A DNA stretch of 60,850 bases, counting the filler, from Dugesia japonica (Eukaryota), in the NCBI GenBank assembly GCA_001938525.1. It is 5 parts of 5 records of this genome, joined end to end, with 100 filler letters (N's around TTAATTAATTAA, not from the genome) between each part and the next. Parts side by side here need not be neighbours in the genome. Positions count along the whole stretch, not along the records: positions 1 to 23,301 come from MQRL01596401.1; positions 23,402 to 31,744 come from MQRL01580808.1; 3 more parts are not named here. One strand, 5' to 3'. The notes below the pieces were generated by a model, which was given only the letters and a program-made list of their open reading frames with translations, was not told where the DNA came from and made no database searches. The first letter of the stretch is position 1. The number at the start of each line of letters is the position of its first letter. Position numbers and translations under genes: made by a program. This document shows, piece by piece, positions 12,195-25,479 of the stretch.

Positions 12195-13165
12195 GAACAT
12201 GGGCCTATTTGCTTGATATACAGTGAGTGTTTAGCTAGTGAAAGCGTAAAATCTACAAAATTAAAGCAGCATCTTGACATAAACATGTTTAATATGCTAA
12301 TACGCCAGTGCAATGTTTCAGAGGTTGTTGCAGTCTTCAAAATAGCAAATACTAAACATAGAGATTCTTGTACTTACTAGTTTAAAGCACTTAGAAGCAT
12401 TTTATGAAGCCTCTTAACTAATCGAAAAACTAAAAATTAATAATCCGTGAAGAACTTGCTTCTCTAACAGCTATGGGAATAGCTGAAATTATCCTCTACA
12501 AAAAGCATAGTTTTTTTGTCAGACACTACTATGAAAAGACGTGTTTTAGAAATTAACCAAGACCAATTTTATCAGATAATTGAACAGCTAATTCATGATG
12601 ATATAATTTTCTGTAGGTCATTAGATTGCCATATTATAATTGAGGCAATTTTGGAAAAGTTGATAAATTATTTTAAAAATAATGTGATTGAAATGCGAAG
12701 ATTGTGTTGGAGTTTTCACAAATACAGCAGCAGCACTAACGGGAAAAATGTTATTTACGCGAAAATAAAATTTGTAAGCAATAGACCAATTACATATTTC
12801 ATGATTTACAGAGAAATTCTTGCAGCCAATGAAATTTCACCAGAATTAAAAACAATAAGTCGAGAATCATTAAGAATTATGATTTATATTACAAGACGTG
12901 TACTCAACTTTGGCTTTTTTCAAATTTCTTTAAATAAATGTGTTCTGAGATGGCAGTTAAGAGGCTGATGGTAGTTATTTCTATCAGAAAGTAACTAAGA
13001 TTTTCTGAAATATGTGGGAGGCAAAAGCTTACTTTGTAAACAATGTTACATGTCTGATATATTTGAAAAACTTAATGGAAATAATTTATCTTTGCAAGGA
13101 GAAAACATAAATACTTTTACTTTAATTTCTAAAATTCAATGATTCATGAAGAAAATTAACATTAG
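12195..13165 (+). mobile_element. hAT (Buster/Charlie-type) transposase remnant
   Basis: PICLIYSECLASESVKSTKLKQHL, LSDTTMKRRV, MIYREILAA, SDIFEKLNGNNLSLQG motifs, with stops and deletions. Confidence 0.85.
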
Positions 13166-13549
13166 TTGTCCAGGGCTTAAATTATGGAAATCCATGTTCA
13201 CCTGACATTATATGCTCTCTGACACATACTATTAGATGATCCGATATTAAATGATCCCTGGCTCATTAATATTAGCTGTTCACCCAAAACAACCGTTTCT
13301 CTCATTGTTAACTTCATTGTTAATATTTATGTTTAAGTAAAAGTTTTTTGTCTTAGTATAATTAATGAAATCAGTATATTATTTGAATTCCAAGTAAAAT
13401 TATTATCAATAATATTATTAAAATTGTTTCATACATTGTTTCAATAACAGTTTCAATACAATTATATTACCTTCTGCAACATGTACAGTCCAACGGAGCT
13501 AATACATTAAAGTCCGTTAGCATTCAATTGAGTTTGTTCATACCTAAGC

Positions 13550-13690
13550 TTATCGATCAGTTTGTGTAGTTGCTACAACCGTATAACATTTATAAGATAA
13601 AAACAGTTCGTCGTCAATGTCAATATTTGGCTAGATACAGATGCACAAATGGTCAAGAATTCAAAGTCAACTGTTATCAGTTTAAATAAA
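13550..13690. repeat. Dispersed repeat, paralogous to 47680-47900
   Basis: Shared TCGATCAGTTTGTGTAGTT..TGCTACAAC.GTATAAC.TTTATAAGATAAAAACAGTT..ATTTGGCTAGA..AGTCAACTGTTATCA. Confidence 0.8.
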
Positions 13691-15065
13691 ATCAATAAAT
13701 ATATTGAGATTAGTGAAATTATTTAAAATTAATAAAGCTTGTAAATATATTTATCATTCATTAAAATTATTAAATTAAAAAAATTAAGTTCAAATATTAT
13801 TAAATAAAATCATTAACGTATAACTCATTAAATTATGATCACAATCATTTAAAATATAAATCAACAAAATTCATAAAACTTAAATTATATTCATTAAATA
13901 AAGTTTAAATCAAATCAATAAAAAAAAACTTAAGTTATGTTCAGTAAAATAAATTCATTATTTTAAAAACATACAAAACTTTCGAGACAGCCAATGCATC
14001 TGAAGAATAACATAGATGAGGCTATCAAGAACATGTTTGAAAATTATTCGCAAGAGAAAACAGCGTTTTTTAAAAAGAATGAACAGTATTGCTCCACAAG
14101 AACGTCAATTGGTATTGTTTCAGGAACTTATGACAAATATTTAAGGAAAATTGATTGCAATGATGGTTTTTATACATTATATATTGATATTATCAGATAA
14201 GTTGGGACAAAATTTTAATTTCTTACAATGTGTACTGCAAAGGTATGTTTTATATTATTTAATTTAAAATGTCATTTAATTACTTACAATTATGTCGGTC
14301 TGAAATCTTTCTCCTGAAATAGTTTGATTAAGATTGATAAACAAATTCTTTTTAACAATATATTATCTAATTTTTTTCGTTATTCCGTAAATGTTTTATG
14401 AAAATAATATCACAAAAATTTTTAAATATTATAAATTGTTTCACAAATGATTCTTTTAAAAAAGAGTTTACCTTTTTCAATCCCTTCTTTTATCTTGTAA
14501 AGTATCTTTTCAATATCTATAGAATTGATAAATGTTAGAAAAAATCATAGATAATAAAAAGAATAACTTTCATTTATGTTTGTTTGAAATTTTGTATCTA
14601 AAATAATATATTATTGCTGATATTTTTTATTAATTCATGTAAACTATAAATTCCCAACAAATATTATTTTCACTGTAGCAAAATATAAATAACTGAAAGT
14701 ATTATTTCTCAGGAACTTATAAACTTCTGAAGTGAAATATCAGTACGTAGAAAGAAGCACGTGGGAATCCATTCCACCACGCCCTCGACACCGAAACAAT
14801 TTAATTCCGGCCGACTTTATTTTTGAAATATTTTAAATTTTAGTGAAAAAATAATATAATTTGGAATTTGGGAAGTTTTAATTAAATTAAGTTTTTGTTT
14901 TATTTTTAGGTTTGGATATTTGAATCAATAATATTATGTTTATCTAAATGCATTTATTACTTTGAAAAGTGCTAGAAACTGCTGTTGTAAATTTTAAATG
15001 ACAATTAAATAAATAAAAGGTTTCGATTTTAAATTTAAAGAAAAAGATCATCAATTAAACACGGG

Positions 15066-16150
15066 AATAGGTAGATAGACGTCCACTGTCTAACCCCCCA
15101 TCAAGGAAAATTTTTTTCAAGGTCTTTGATACAGTATACTTTATTCTGATTGGTTTTTCTTCTAGTGTACTCAATTCTGGTTGGCGGAAAATTTAAAGTT
15201 CAGACTGATACAGTATACTCGATTCTGATTGGTCGAAATATTTTCAAGGTCAAAGTAATATAGTATCCTGTGAAGTGATTGGTCGAAGTGTTTCAAGGTC
15301 ATCCTGCCATACGTTCTCTTCCAGACTTAATATTTTAATTCCCCATGGAGACTTAATATTAATTTTATTTGTTTGATTTAATATTTCTAATTTTTTTTAA
15401 AATTTTAATTTTTATCACAATAAAGAAAATTAAAAAGTAAGATAGGATTGTCTCATGAACCTGTAGCGTAAAATAAATCTTTCCCTATAATTAAAGATCA
15501 AAGTAGTGAAACATTTCAGCATTACCGCACCCCCTCCCCCCGTAGAAAAGTTTTTTTTCGTTTTTTATGATTTTTTTTCAAGGTTAAAGTTATTCAAGGT
15601 AGCGCTATCGGATAGATAAATAAAAAGTAACATAGAAATGTGCAATGAACTTGTAACATAATATAATTCCTTCCCAATTAAAAACGCATTCAGCCAATTA
15701 ATTTTTTTGGATTACGTAATCGATCACTTAATATTACACAGTTTTTCGTTTGTATTGTCTACACATCTTATTTTACAGTCGCAAATTTGATAGCAATAGA
15801 CGCGCAAAACAAAACCGCGCTATGTTGTGCATTTACATTCTTTGTCAGGCGGACCCCTCAGACGTTATTAAAGATTAATTTAAAACCACAGCCATTTTGA
15901 AAGATATCATTTAGTAATTTCTGGCAATTTTACTAAAATTAAAAACTACCTATACATTACCTAAAGTACTTGTATCGAAAAATACTTCAATTCACCATAA
16001 AAAGTTTGTCAGCATGAACGCATTACCAATTTAAATTACAATATATGTTTAGATGTAAAATTAAAAAGTAAGATAGGAATGTCTCATGCTTCCTTTAAGT
16101 CAAAAAATGGGAAGAATGGAATTTAGTTTTTTAATAACAGAGTCAAGTAG
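15066..16150 (+). mobile_element. AGTAG-family terminus with CCAAT/TCAAGGTCA repeat array and three internal ~60-bp repeats
   Basis: AATAGGTAGATAGACGTCCACTG start; repeated CAGTATAC..CTGATTGG and TCAAGGTC; AAAAGTAAGATAGGA.TGTCTCATG repeats near 15435, 15622 and 16064. Confidence 0.55.
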
Positions 16151-16329
16151 AAACATATTATCGCGCCAAACAAATTGCAAATGGATACAATTTATTTTAA
16201 AAACATTACGGACAATTTTAAAAATGTATTTATTTTGCATTCCTGTTGCACATGTCATATTTAATAAAAATGAACACACACAAATACTTTGTTATATTTT
16301 CATAAAAGTAATTTTTGTAACATTTCACT

Positions 16330-17920
16330 GACTTCTATGTAATTTTTAAACTTTTTTGGGACTTCTATGTTATTTATAAAAAAGTGTAATGACTTCTATA
16401 TAATTTTGGAAATATTTTAACGTTATCTTATTAATCTAGTAAAAATATCTATGTAAGATAAAACACAAAACACAATTGTGGAAAATTTATTTAAAGGACA
16501 CACATGTTCTTTATTAGAAACTAGAACCTTTAATAATAATATTTTAAATAGATGAGTATATTTGCTGTATAATGTATATTATATGAATCAATTTGATTTT
16601 GTTGTATGTATTTAACTGTATGTATAAGGTGTATTGAATCTTTTAAGTAGTTTAATCGATGTATTTGTATGTATTTTATAAGATAGCTCTTTTTAAAAAC
16701 AGATTAAAATTTCTTATTTTTGAAAGTGGAATTTATTAAAATCAAAAGTATATTTAAAATTGTATCAAGAAAATAATTTATAAAATAAATTACTACAATT
16801 TAAGGATTTTTAAAATATACAATTAAATTAATAAAATATGTTTAATGTAGTATATTGTATATAATGTGTGTGTAATTAAGTGACTTTATTAGGTTTATTA
16901 TGTGTATAATATTTTTCTATTGAGTTAATTGTATGTATTATAAAAACATATCAAGTTTATTGTATGAATCTAGTGACTTTATATGGTTTATTGTGTGTAT
17001 ACATTGGTTTATTGTGTATAAGACTCAATTAGTTTACTTTATATGAATCTCTATTGAGATTGTTTTTAGATTCTATTGACATCTATGTTATGTTTGTAAA
17101 AGTTACACATATATCTGTTATGTTTAAAAATATTACATAAACATCTATGTTATGTTTGAAAATATAACGTAGACGTATATGAAGTTTATGTAAACTTTAT
17201 AGACTTCCATGTAATATTTGTGTTATTTTTTCTATGTTAAACGTTTAGAAACATATATGCAATGTTTATAGAAATACATATATATCTATCTTATGTTTGA
17301 AAATATTACATGTATATATATGCAATTTCTAAACATGTGATCATTAAGATTATATAAAATCCAATAAAATACGATAATAACATATACAACCTTATAATTA
17401 AGATATAAAAACATTAAATAATATAAAACCATAATATAACCTTATAATAATCTTATAGGTACTCTATAATATCCCCATAATTTCAAAAAAGATAATAATA
17501 ACATATAAAACCATATAATTACCATATGAAATCCTATAGTTACCATGTAAACCTAATAAGACTATATAAAACCCTATAAAAGTATATAAAAATCCTTATA
17601 TTTACTTAGTAAACAACCTTTTGTATACTTAAATTTATATTTGCAAACCTATAATGTCTTTGTTAACTTGCACAAGTATGACTCATGCTCTTTGTTGCAG
17701 TTGCATTTGTGTTGTAATGTCTTTGTTTGGCTTTCATTTATGATGTACAGGTATGACTCATAACATTGTTAAACATGTATATGTGTATGCATTGGTTCAT
17801 TGTATGTGTATTAATTTATTATGTGATAAAAACCTAATATAAGTTCGATAATATTTAATACGATAATATAAAACTATATAAAACCCAAAATAACGGTATA
17901 CAAGCCATATAAAAACATAT
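16330..17920. repeat. Degenerate low-complexity tandem arrays (GACTTCTATGT.., AAAACC.TATAA..)
   Basis: Visible short-period degenerate repeats. Confidence 0.6.
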
Positions 17921-20900
17921 AAAAGTAACAACATGATCAAATTATAATCAAAGATGAAAGTTTACTAGAAGATAACATTAACGCATTTCGTAATACATAT
18001 TAATTACCTTGCATGCTCGCGTCATGTTCATGAATATATATGAATTCATTAAATAAAACGTTGTATTTATAATTTAGATAACAAATAATATCATTAAACT
18101 CCATTATATATATTGAAAGAATAATAACTAATAATTTCTTTTAAAACAGGTAACGAATAATGGAAACTACCAAATAACGTGTATGTATGTATCATAGAGA
18201 GTATAAAAGCAGTATTTTTCATAAAATCAATTGGAAAAAGAAATTAAAAAGTTGTCACATACAATTAACAGCGGATCCCTTGGATATATTCAATTCGTAA
18301 CTGAGCTAAAAAATGGTCCCATGAGTAAACATGACTATGTTGAACTCTTAGACGAAACATTATTCATGAACAAATTTAAAGATAAATTGAAAAACAGAGA
18401 AGAATTAAATTTGCTGCTATGACTATATTCACATCAGTTGTGTTATTTTATTTGTTTAAAAGAAATTAATATAATTTTTGTTTTTTATTGTTAAATAAAT
18501 AGAGTTGAATAATGATTTTTTTTCATTTTGTTAGTCTTAGCATTCGTATTGCATTTTATCAATAAAATTATGTTAGGCTGAAACAGCTTAGTTAGAAAAT
18601 AATTTTGAGTAAACTAAGGAAGTAAGAGAGAAAGAACTACAAGTGCGTTAGAAAATGATTAAAATTAGAAACTAAAAGAAAGGATGTAAAAGAAATAAAT
18701 ACTAATTAATCATTCCTGATATAATTGGTAAACAATAAAATGAAATTTTAATAAACGAACGTACAAAGTGAGACCAAAACTATAAAATGAAAAGTGATAT
18801 AAAAATTCCGAATAAAACGAATGTCCATTCAAATAATAAAGTTGAAATTAGAACAACGATGCTCTAAGAAATACTTATTAAAACAAATAAATAATTAAAC
18901 AAAATGATTATAAGAAATGTTAAATCGTCAATAATAAGAAAATGCAGATGGGATTAAATTTGGACGAATTAAATAAATTAAACATAAACAAATGGATAAA
19001 TTAAAAATACAATTGAAGAATAAATTAAATTAGCGGCTATCAAATTGTTGAATTAAAATGATAAAAGAAGAAATGAACCAAAGACGAATAAATGGCTAAA
19101 ATAAAATGTCAAAGAAAAGGGAATAAATAATAATACTCAAGAAAATAATAATAATCGAATTAAAACTCAGAAATCGCAACGATAAAAGTTAGAAATAAAA
19201 AGTTTCGAATTAAGTAATAAGAGATCGACTTGAATAGTGAAAGAAATGTTGAACGTACATTATTATTTACAATTTATATAATTGTTATATAAGTAGAATT
19301 TTAAAGAAATAATTATTATAATATAATAAAAAGATTATTATAGAAAGTAGAATTAAAACAAAAGTATTTTATTAAAAGATTATATTAAATTAAACGGAAA
19401 ATGTAGAAAAAAATATGAAATAAATTAGTATTATCATTTTATGAAAATATAAGTAGAAAAAATCATATTAGAAAAATAAAGTATTAAATAGTTAAAATGT
19501 AAAATATTATTATCTTGTAAATATTAATTTTATTATTATTATTAGTTGAATATTATTATTTGTAAAGAAGGAATAAGAATTTGGAGAAGAAAGTAATATA
19601 TAAGTTAGCAAATTAAAGGAACGAGATTTAGCCTTATCACAGTCCTGTCGAGCTATTGCCGACACTATCAAGGCCTATGTAGATAGAGAAGGGGTACTAA
19701 TATCTACAGTCCGCACACATACCCAGGTGTCGAAATAAACCAAGGAGATCAGCAAAGAGAAAGAAATCATTAACATCGATGAATAAATAATTCCATTTAA
19801 AATAAAGTTTCTTCGTCAATTGTTGCACTTGAAAAGTGTATTAATAATTAATGATAATTAAAAAAACATCAACAAGTCGAGAGCCGGAGAAAACAGAAAT
19901 TCCGGGAATGGGGGATCGTGTTGCTGGAGAAAGCAACGCAAATGTCGGTGGTTACTAGGTATCATCCCCAGACAGAAGTCACCATTGAAAGAAAGAAACA
20001 TTGGTTCTACTGAACATTATCTAAAAGTGTCAAACAAACAACATTAAAAAGCCTAGTAACCCAACAAGAATTTTGGGGGCTCAGCCGGGATTCTCATTTT
20101 CAATTTCTTGAAAAATCAAAGAGAAACAAAAAGAAAAACAACAAGAAACCGAATGATGAAGATAATGAATATTTCCAACAGATCATGAAGTCAGAGTAAA
20201 ATGTGTTTTTAAAAGTAGAAATTATTTTGTAAATGTATTTAAAATCATTTGTTTAAAGGTATTGTAGAGTAGAATTATTATTAATATACTTTTTTTTCTT
20301 TAAATGCTTTGCTTGCTTTTCTTAGTGTGATTGGAAAGGATTCAGTCACCACTGGACGATAAAATCAATAAATTGATAAAGTGAATAAAATGAAATATGC
20401 TTCAACAATGGATAAAAACCCGAGTTAAAATGAGTTTTTAAGAGAAATGAGTGGATGATCTCGTGGAATAAAAGTAGTAAGCTGTGAGCATTGTGAATAA
20501 TAATTATTTTGATATTTTAAATGAATTTTATTTTATTGATATTTTGATAAATATTATTTAAGCAGTGTTCGAATTTGTGGGCTATTTGTTTCTCAAAAAC
20601 GTTAAGCAATTTCTACTAATATCCTGCTGGCACTATCATAGTCATTACCAAGAGTTCATTAGTTGCTTTGATCATTTATATGTTAGGACGTTATATTAGA
20701 CATACCCTCATTATTTCTCTTTAACATATTAGTGTAACAGTTTTTTAATCCTAGTATTTTTTTCTCTTTTTCTTTCAGTGAGTTTAGTAAACGACTACGT
20801 AAACGTCACAATCGAAAAACTTTAAATACTGCATTTATTCCTTCTTTTTCGTTTCTTTAATTATTTTGGATTTGCATACTAAATTAAATAAAAGATTAAT

Positions 20901-22214
20901 GATTTATCTTAATTGTAGTGTTACGTGAATATTACGTGACTAATTGGAATCAGGAAATCTAATTTATCTAGAAAACAATCCAGTAATAGCCCGACATTAT
21001 TCAATAAAATGAAACAAATTAATCTAAATGAAATGTTTAATTAATTAACTAAAATATCCAGACGGAATTTATATATAAAATATATTAATCTCACTATAAT
21101 ATCATTTAACAACAATTATAAAAAATACAAAAATAATACCCCATTGGTGGGGAATATCCCACCAGCGTCAAGTAGGCACAACATATCCGTACCTGGAATA
21201 ATTAAATTTCTGTCTTGAATATATTCACTTATAAATATATTTTCCTGTTAGTCGATATTGAACTGATTGGAAATAACTTGCTGTTAATTTGTACTGTCAG
21301 CTTAAAAAAGTGGAATAATATTGCAAACGACGAAACTATCACAAAAACTCTAACGATTACTTGAAATTCAGCCGCTTATATAACTGTATGAATTTTACTA
21401 CCTTCTCCTGGTTGGCTGTTCACTTTTTAATGTTTTATTCTCTCATTGGTTGTTATCTATTGCCTGATATTCTTCTCTTGAAACTGATTTGATGATGGCA
21501 CTTAGCTGCATTTACTTTTCTTTTCTCACGCTGTTAACATGATAATTATTGTGATTATTTTTCTCGTTAATTATTATTTGACACAGTTGGTGATTCTTTT
21601 GCTGAAGTGATACTTATTTCTTATAACAATTATTTTGACATTTGAGACCAAGGCAACTATTATATCTTCCTACCTGCTCGTGTTTCTGGTGAATAAACAT
21701 ATATTGCCATTATGTAATTATAATTTTATTATCTTACCAGGCTACTCCACTTAGCCTGTCGCAGTAGTTATTGTAGCTGCTAACCCGATAATTACTGATA
21801 AACTGATTTTTTGGGTAAGGTAATTATTAAATTGACGTATAATTATATATTTTTTCAGGAACAGTTATTTTAAATTATTTTCTCTATGTTAGGCTTAATT
21901 AATGGATTATTTTAAATTATTAGTATTTGTTACTTTTTAATTTGGTTTGATGGATCTTATTTTGAATTGGCTTGATCTAAAGTAGGTATTCAATCCTGAC
22001 ATTAATAATAGTATTATTAATATTATCANNNNNNNNNNNNNNNNNNNNNNNNNNNNNNNNNNNNNNNNNNNNNNNNNNNNNNNNNNNNNNNNNNNNNNNN
22101 NNNNNNNNNNNNNNNNNNNNNNNNNNNNNNNNNNNNNNNNNNNNNNNNNNNNNNNNNNNNNNNNNNNNNNNNNNTTACTAAATAAATTATAACAAAATCA
22201 TAAATTAGACATAC

Positions 22215-22265
22215 GTGGAATTTTTTCTTCGCTGAGTAAACTTTGTTTGTCGTGACGAGATTCTG
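22215..22265 (-). CDS. Isolated putative 51-nt exon (ESRHDKQSLLSEEKIP)
   Basis: TTTTAG acceptor, GTATGT donor, open frame, length divisible by 3, higher GC than flanks; no partner exons identified. Confidence 0.3.
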
Positions 22266-23301
22266 CTAAAATAAGTAAATAAAAATAAAGATAAAAAATG
22301 AAACAATTTATTAAATTTCACAAAAATATTAATTCAGACATAAAATGAAATTTACATTTAAAATTACTTAATTTACTTTGCTTAAATGAAAGCCTGCAAT
22401 TTTTATCAAACAAAAATATTTAAAAAGTTTTTAGGTCTAAAAAGAAAATTAATATTTTACAATAAACAAAACTGATTTTCAACGCAGTTTTATTAATGTA
22501 TAATTAATTTCACACTGTTTATAAAAACTATAGTCTATAAAAAATATTAGAAAACGCAACTGTTTTAAATTTTTATTTGCAGGACTTGTTTCGGATAAAT
22601 CTATGTTCATTATCAGTTACTGTTGTAAAATAAGAAAGAAAATTGTTTATATATTGACAAATAATACTTGTTAAGTTATCAATTTAAAGAAATAAGGCTA
22701 AAATAAATTTAAAAGTAGATGTGTGTCAATCTGAGTATTCAGAATCTTGTTATGCGATCCAAGTCTTTTTCTCGAAATTATTTCAAAATAATAACTAATA
22801 CCGCTGTTAAAAATCAATAAGTAAATATTATTATTAAAATTATATCCATAATTTAGCGAGAAGTTTGATTTTTTATGCTTCGATCACTTAATAATATTTT
22901 TATTTTAAGTTACTTTTCATAGAAATAAGCTTCATAAATAAGAAAGAATCTTCTCTTAGCAGTATTTTCAAATTCGAACATTTTTGAATATATTAGTCTC
23001 TCGCCAATAGTCATATAGAACTGTTACCTTATAAGTTATCAACTAATTTGGGAAATTTTATTAATAAAGCAATCCATTCAATCTAAAACTTTCTAATTAT
23101 TTTCAACTTTGAAATAAATATTTGTTTGTATTGACGAGGATATATATCGAGTATAACTGTAATTGTTATTCACTGTTACGGTTGTACATTTTGGAGCGCC
23201 GGTTTTGGCGGAAAGAACTTTTTTATATTTGAACAAGATTAAAAACTTATCTCTGAAGCAAAATGGACTGTTAGATTTATTGTTGGGTTTAGCGTTAGAA
23301 C

Positions 23302-23401
23302 NNNNNNNNNNNNNNNNNNNNNNNNNNNNNNNNNNNNNNNNNNNNTTAATTAATTAANNNNNNNNNNNNNNNNNNNNNNNNNNNNNNNNNNNNNNNNNNN
23401 N
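23302..23401. other. Artificial 100-bp scaffold joint (N44-TTAATTAATTAA-N44); also at 31745-31844, 41961-42060 and 51754-51853
   Basis: Identical six-frame-stop linker centred in N runs four times. Confidence 0.95.
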
Positions 23402-23661
23402 TTTATATATTCACTTTTAATTATAATAAATGAATATATCACAGCATTTCATTATCTAAAATTCCTTGTCTTCTAGATTTAAATATAAAACTATTAATGT
23501 TATTGCCAAAAAATAAAATAGTAGATGATAAACTTTTTTCTCCTCGAAGAAAGTTTTCGGTTGAGTATCAATGTTCAATCATTTCAATTCAAGTTCTTTG
23601 GATAAAATATTTAATTTAATGAAATCAACAGTTTTCATTGGCTCAATGGAATGTAAAAACA

Positions 23662-24299
23662 AGTAGATAAATAGTAGCGCACTGTATCACCCATCCCTGG
23701 TGGCAGTGATATAGATTTTCGATGACACAAAATCCTGCAATCTGGTTGGTCGACACATTTTGGCTGAAAAATAAGTGATACAGTATCCTGAAATATGATC
23801 AACTGACACATTTCAATAGAAAAATTTCGGTGAAATAGTATCATGTAATCTGATTGTCCGTCTCATTTCTTTGTTTAAATTTAAAATTTATTTTTAAAGT
23901 TTTAATTTAGTCTTTAAAATTTTTTTAACTAGCTCCCTTAATTAATGTTAGGAACACTAATAGTAGTAAATTTACTGTGGTGAATTTCAAAACTGCTGTT
24001 TTATTTGCTTGTGGCCTAAACAATATTCGAAACATTTTTATATTTGGGTCATATCAATTGAATTACCGCGTCATTTAAATACTTATTTAACATAACAGCT
24101 AATCGTGTTTTAGGTAGATTTTAATAAATGAATGGCAGCATAATATTGATTTAATGATTTATCCAGTTGAATGTAAGGTACAAGAATATTATAAATGTAA
24201 TTTTTAACCATGTTATTCAAAATGAGCAAAGAATTTCATATCAAATATATGGTTTGATAGTAAGAATCGATTAAGCCAATGCACCACTATCTACCTATT
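23662..24299 (+). mobile_element. Short non-autonomous element bounded by inverted AGTAG-family termini
   Basis: Left AGTAGATAAATAGTAGCGCACTG; right end (reverse complement) AATAGGTAGATAGTGGTGCATTG; internal CCAAT-like repeats. Confidence 0.55.
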
Positions 24300-24322
24300 A
24301 ATATATTTACATTAAAATGCAT

Positions 24323-24550
24323 AGTAGGTAAATAGTGGCGCACGGTTACAACAATACTCTTGAAAAATTGTTTAAAAAATTCTTAAAAAATTTAAGCACA
24401 ATTTAAAAAATTCTAAAAAATTCTTAAAAATTAAAACACAATTTAAAAAATTCTAAAAAATTGTTAAAAAATTAAAACACAATTAAGAAATTTTCTTGAA
24501 AAATCAAACACATTTTTTAACATGTTTTAAAAATTGAAACACATTTAAAA
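24323..24550 (+). mobile_element. AGTAG-family terminus followed by an A-rich tandem array
   Basis: AGTAGGTAAATAGTGGCGCAC followed by repeats of AAAAAATTCTTAAAAA..AAACACAATT. Confidence 0.55.
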
Positions 24551-24626
24551 AGTCAAGCGAATGAGGGAGGTAATCATGTGTGTTCCAGAGTGTTGTGCCC
24601 TTATGTACTTACTTTTTCTCGAAGAA

Positions 24627-24665
24627 GTCAATTCCTGACGAAGACAAAGTCCAAATATAGAATTA
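24627..24665 (+). ncRNA. Degenerate copy of the minimal hammerhead at 30961-31000
   Basis: GTCAATTC-CTGACGA-A-GACAAAGTC-CAAA-TA-TA-GAATT (GAAA>CAAA); flank to about 24702 also matches the 30919-30960 arm. Confidence 0.65.
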
Positions 24666-24739
24666 TTATCAAAAACCAAAAAAAAACAAATTTTGATCGA
24701 AGGTTTTATTTTAATTGAATTCTGATAAACGATCCAACA

Positions 24740-25150
24740 ATTATTCTCCCAATAATTGCAATTGTAAAACAAGAATATTATCTAACGGTTTAGACTTAAT
24801 AATTTCTCTTATCAAGCAGTAGCTGGCCATTTTGCCATAAACACCATTTCACAGTAGTAAAGAACCCGCACCATATTGTTTAATTACAATAAAAACAACT
24901 GATTCACCCAAATATCATCGCTTTTCCTCTGTAAACCATATTTTGAACTTATTTATATGTATGTTTGTCACTTTCTCTCGTTTTACTTTATTTATTTTAT
25001 AGAGCTTCTAGCTGTTTTTTTCTAAAGCAGACATGCTCAAGGAAATAATGACCCTTTTATTCCTTTAGTATTTTCGTTATTATTCTTTGTTTTTGAAAAA
25101 TATTGAGATGCGATCAAATGAACGTCGCATTCTGTTAATGGTTTCATATA
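24740..25150 (-). mobile_element. Tc1-like transposase remnant
   Basis: KFKIWFTEEKR and KQYGAGSLLL*NG..CLIREIIKSKPLDNIL resemble Tc1 KFNLFGSDG and KHGGGSVMVWG..Y..IL. Confidence 0.45.
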
Positions 25151-25479
25151 TTTAGACTTTTAGCAAATAGCTTTTTTAACTTATGAGAGTAGAAATGATG
25201 AATTTTGTTAGAACTTTTATTTGAAAGGGAATACATTTTGAGTGGAAATATTTATAAAATGACATTGTTACAACTTATCTGTCCATGAACAAACGAGTTT
25301 TTCAGGTCAATGTTTTATTAAAAATTATTTTTTTGTTATTTTAGTTCACATACATAGAAAAGTTCCTTCTCATGTTATTGACAAATTTTAAAAAATGTTT
25401 ATATGATTTACTTCAATGGGGCTGCTGTTTTTAACAATTCAACGTGATAACAATATAGCATAAAAAGTATTTATTTATA

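Noticed and set aside
23346-23357. TTAATTAATTAA islands inside N runs (also 31789-31800, 42005-42016, 51798-51809)
   Set aside because: Assembly linker with stops in six frames, not biology
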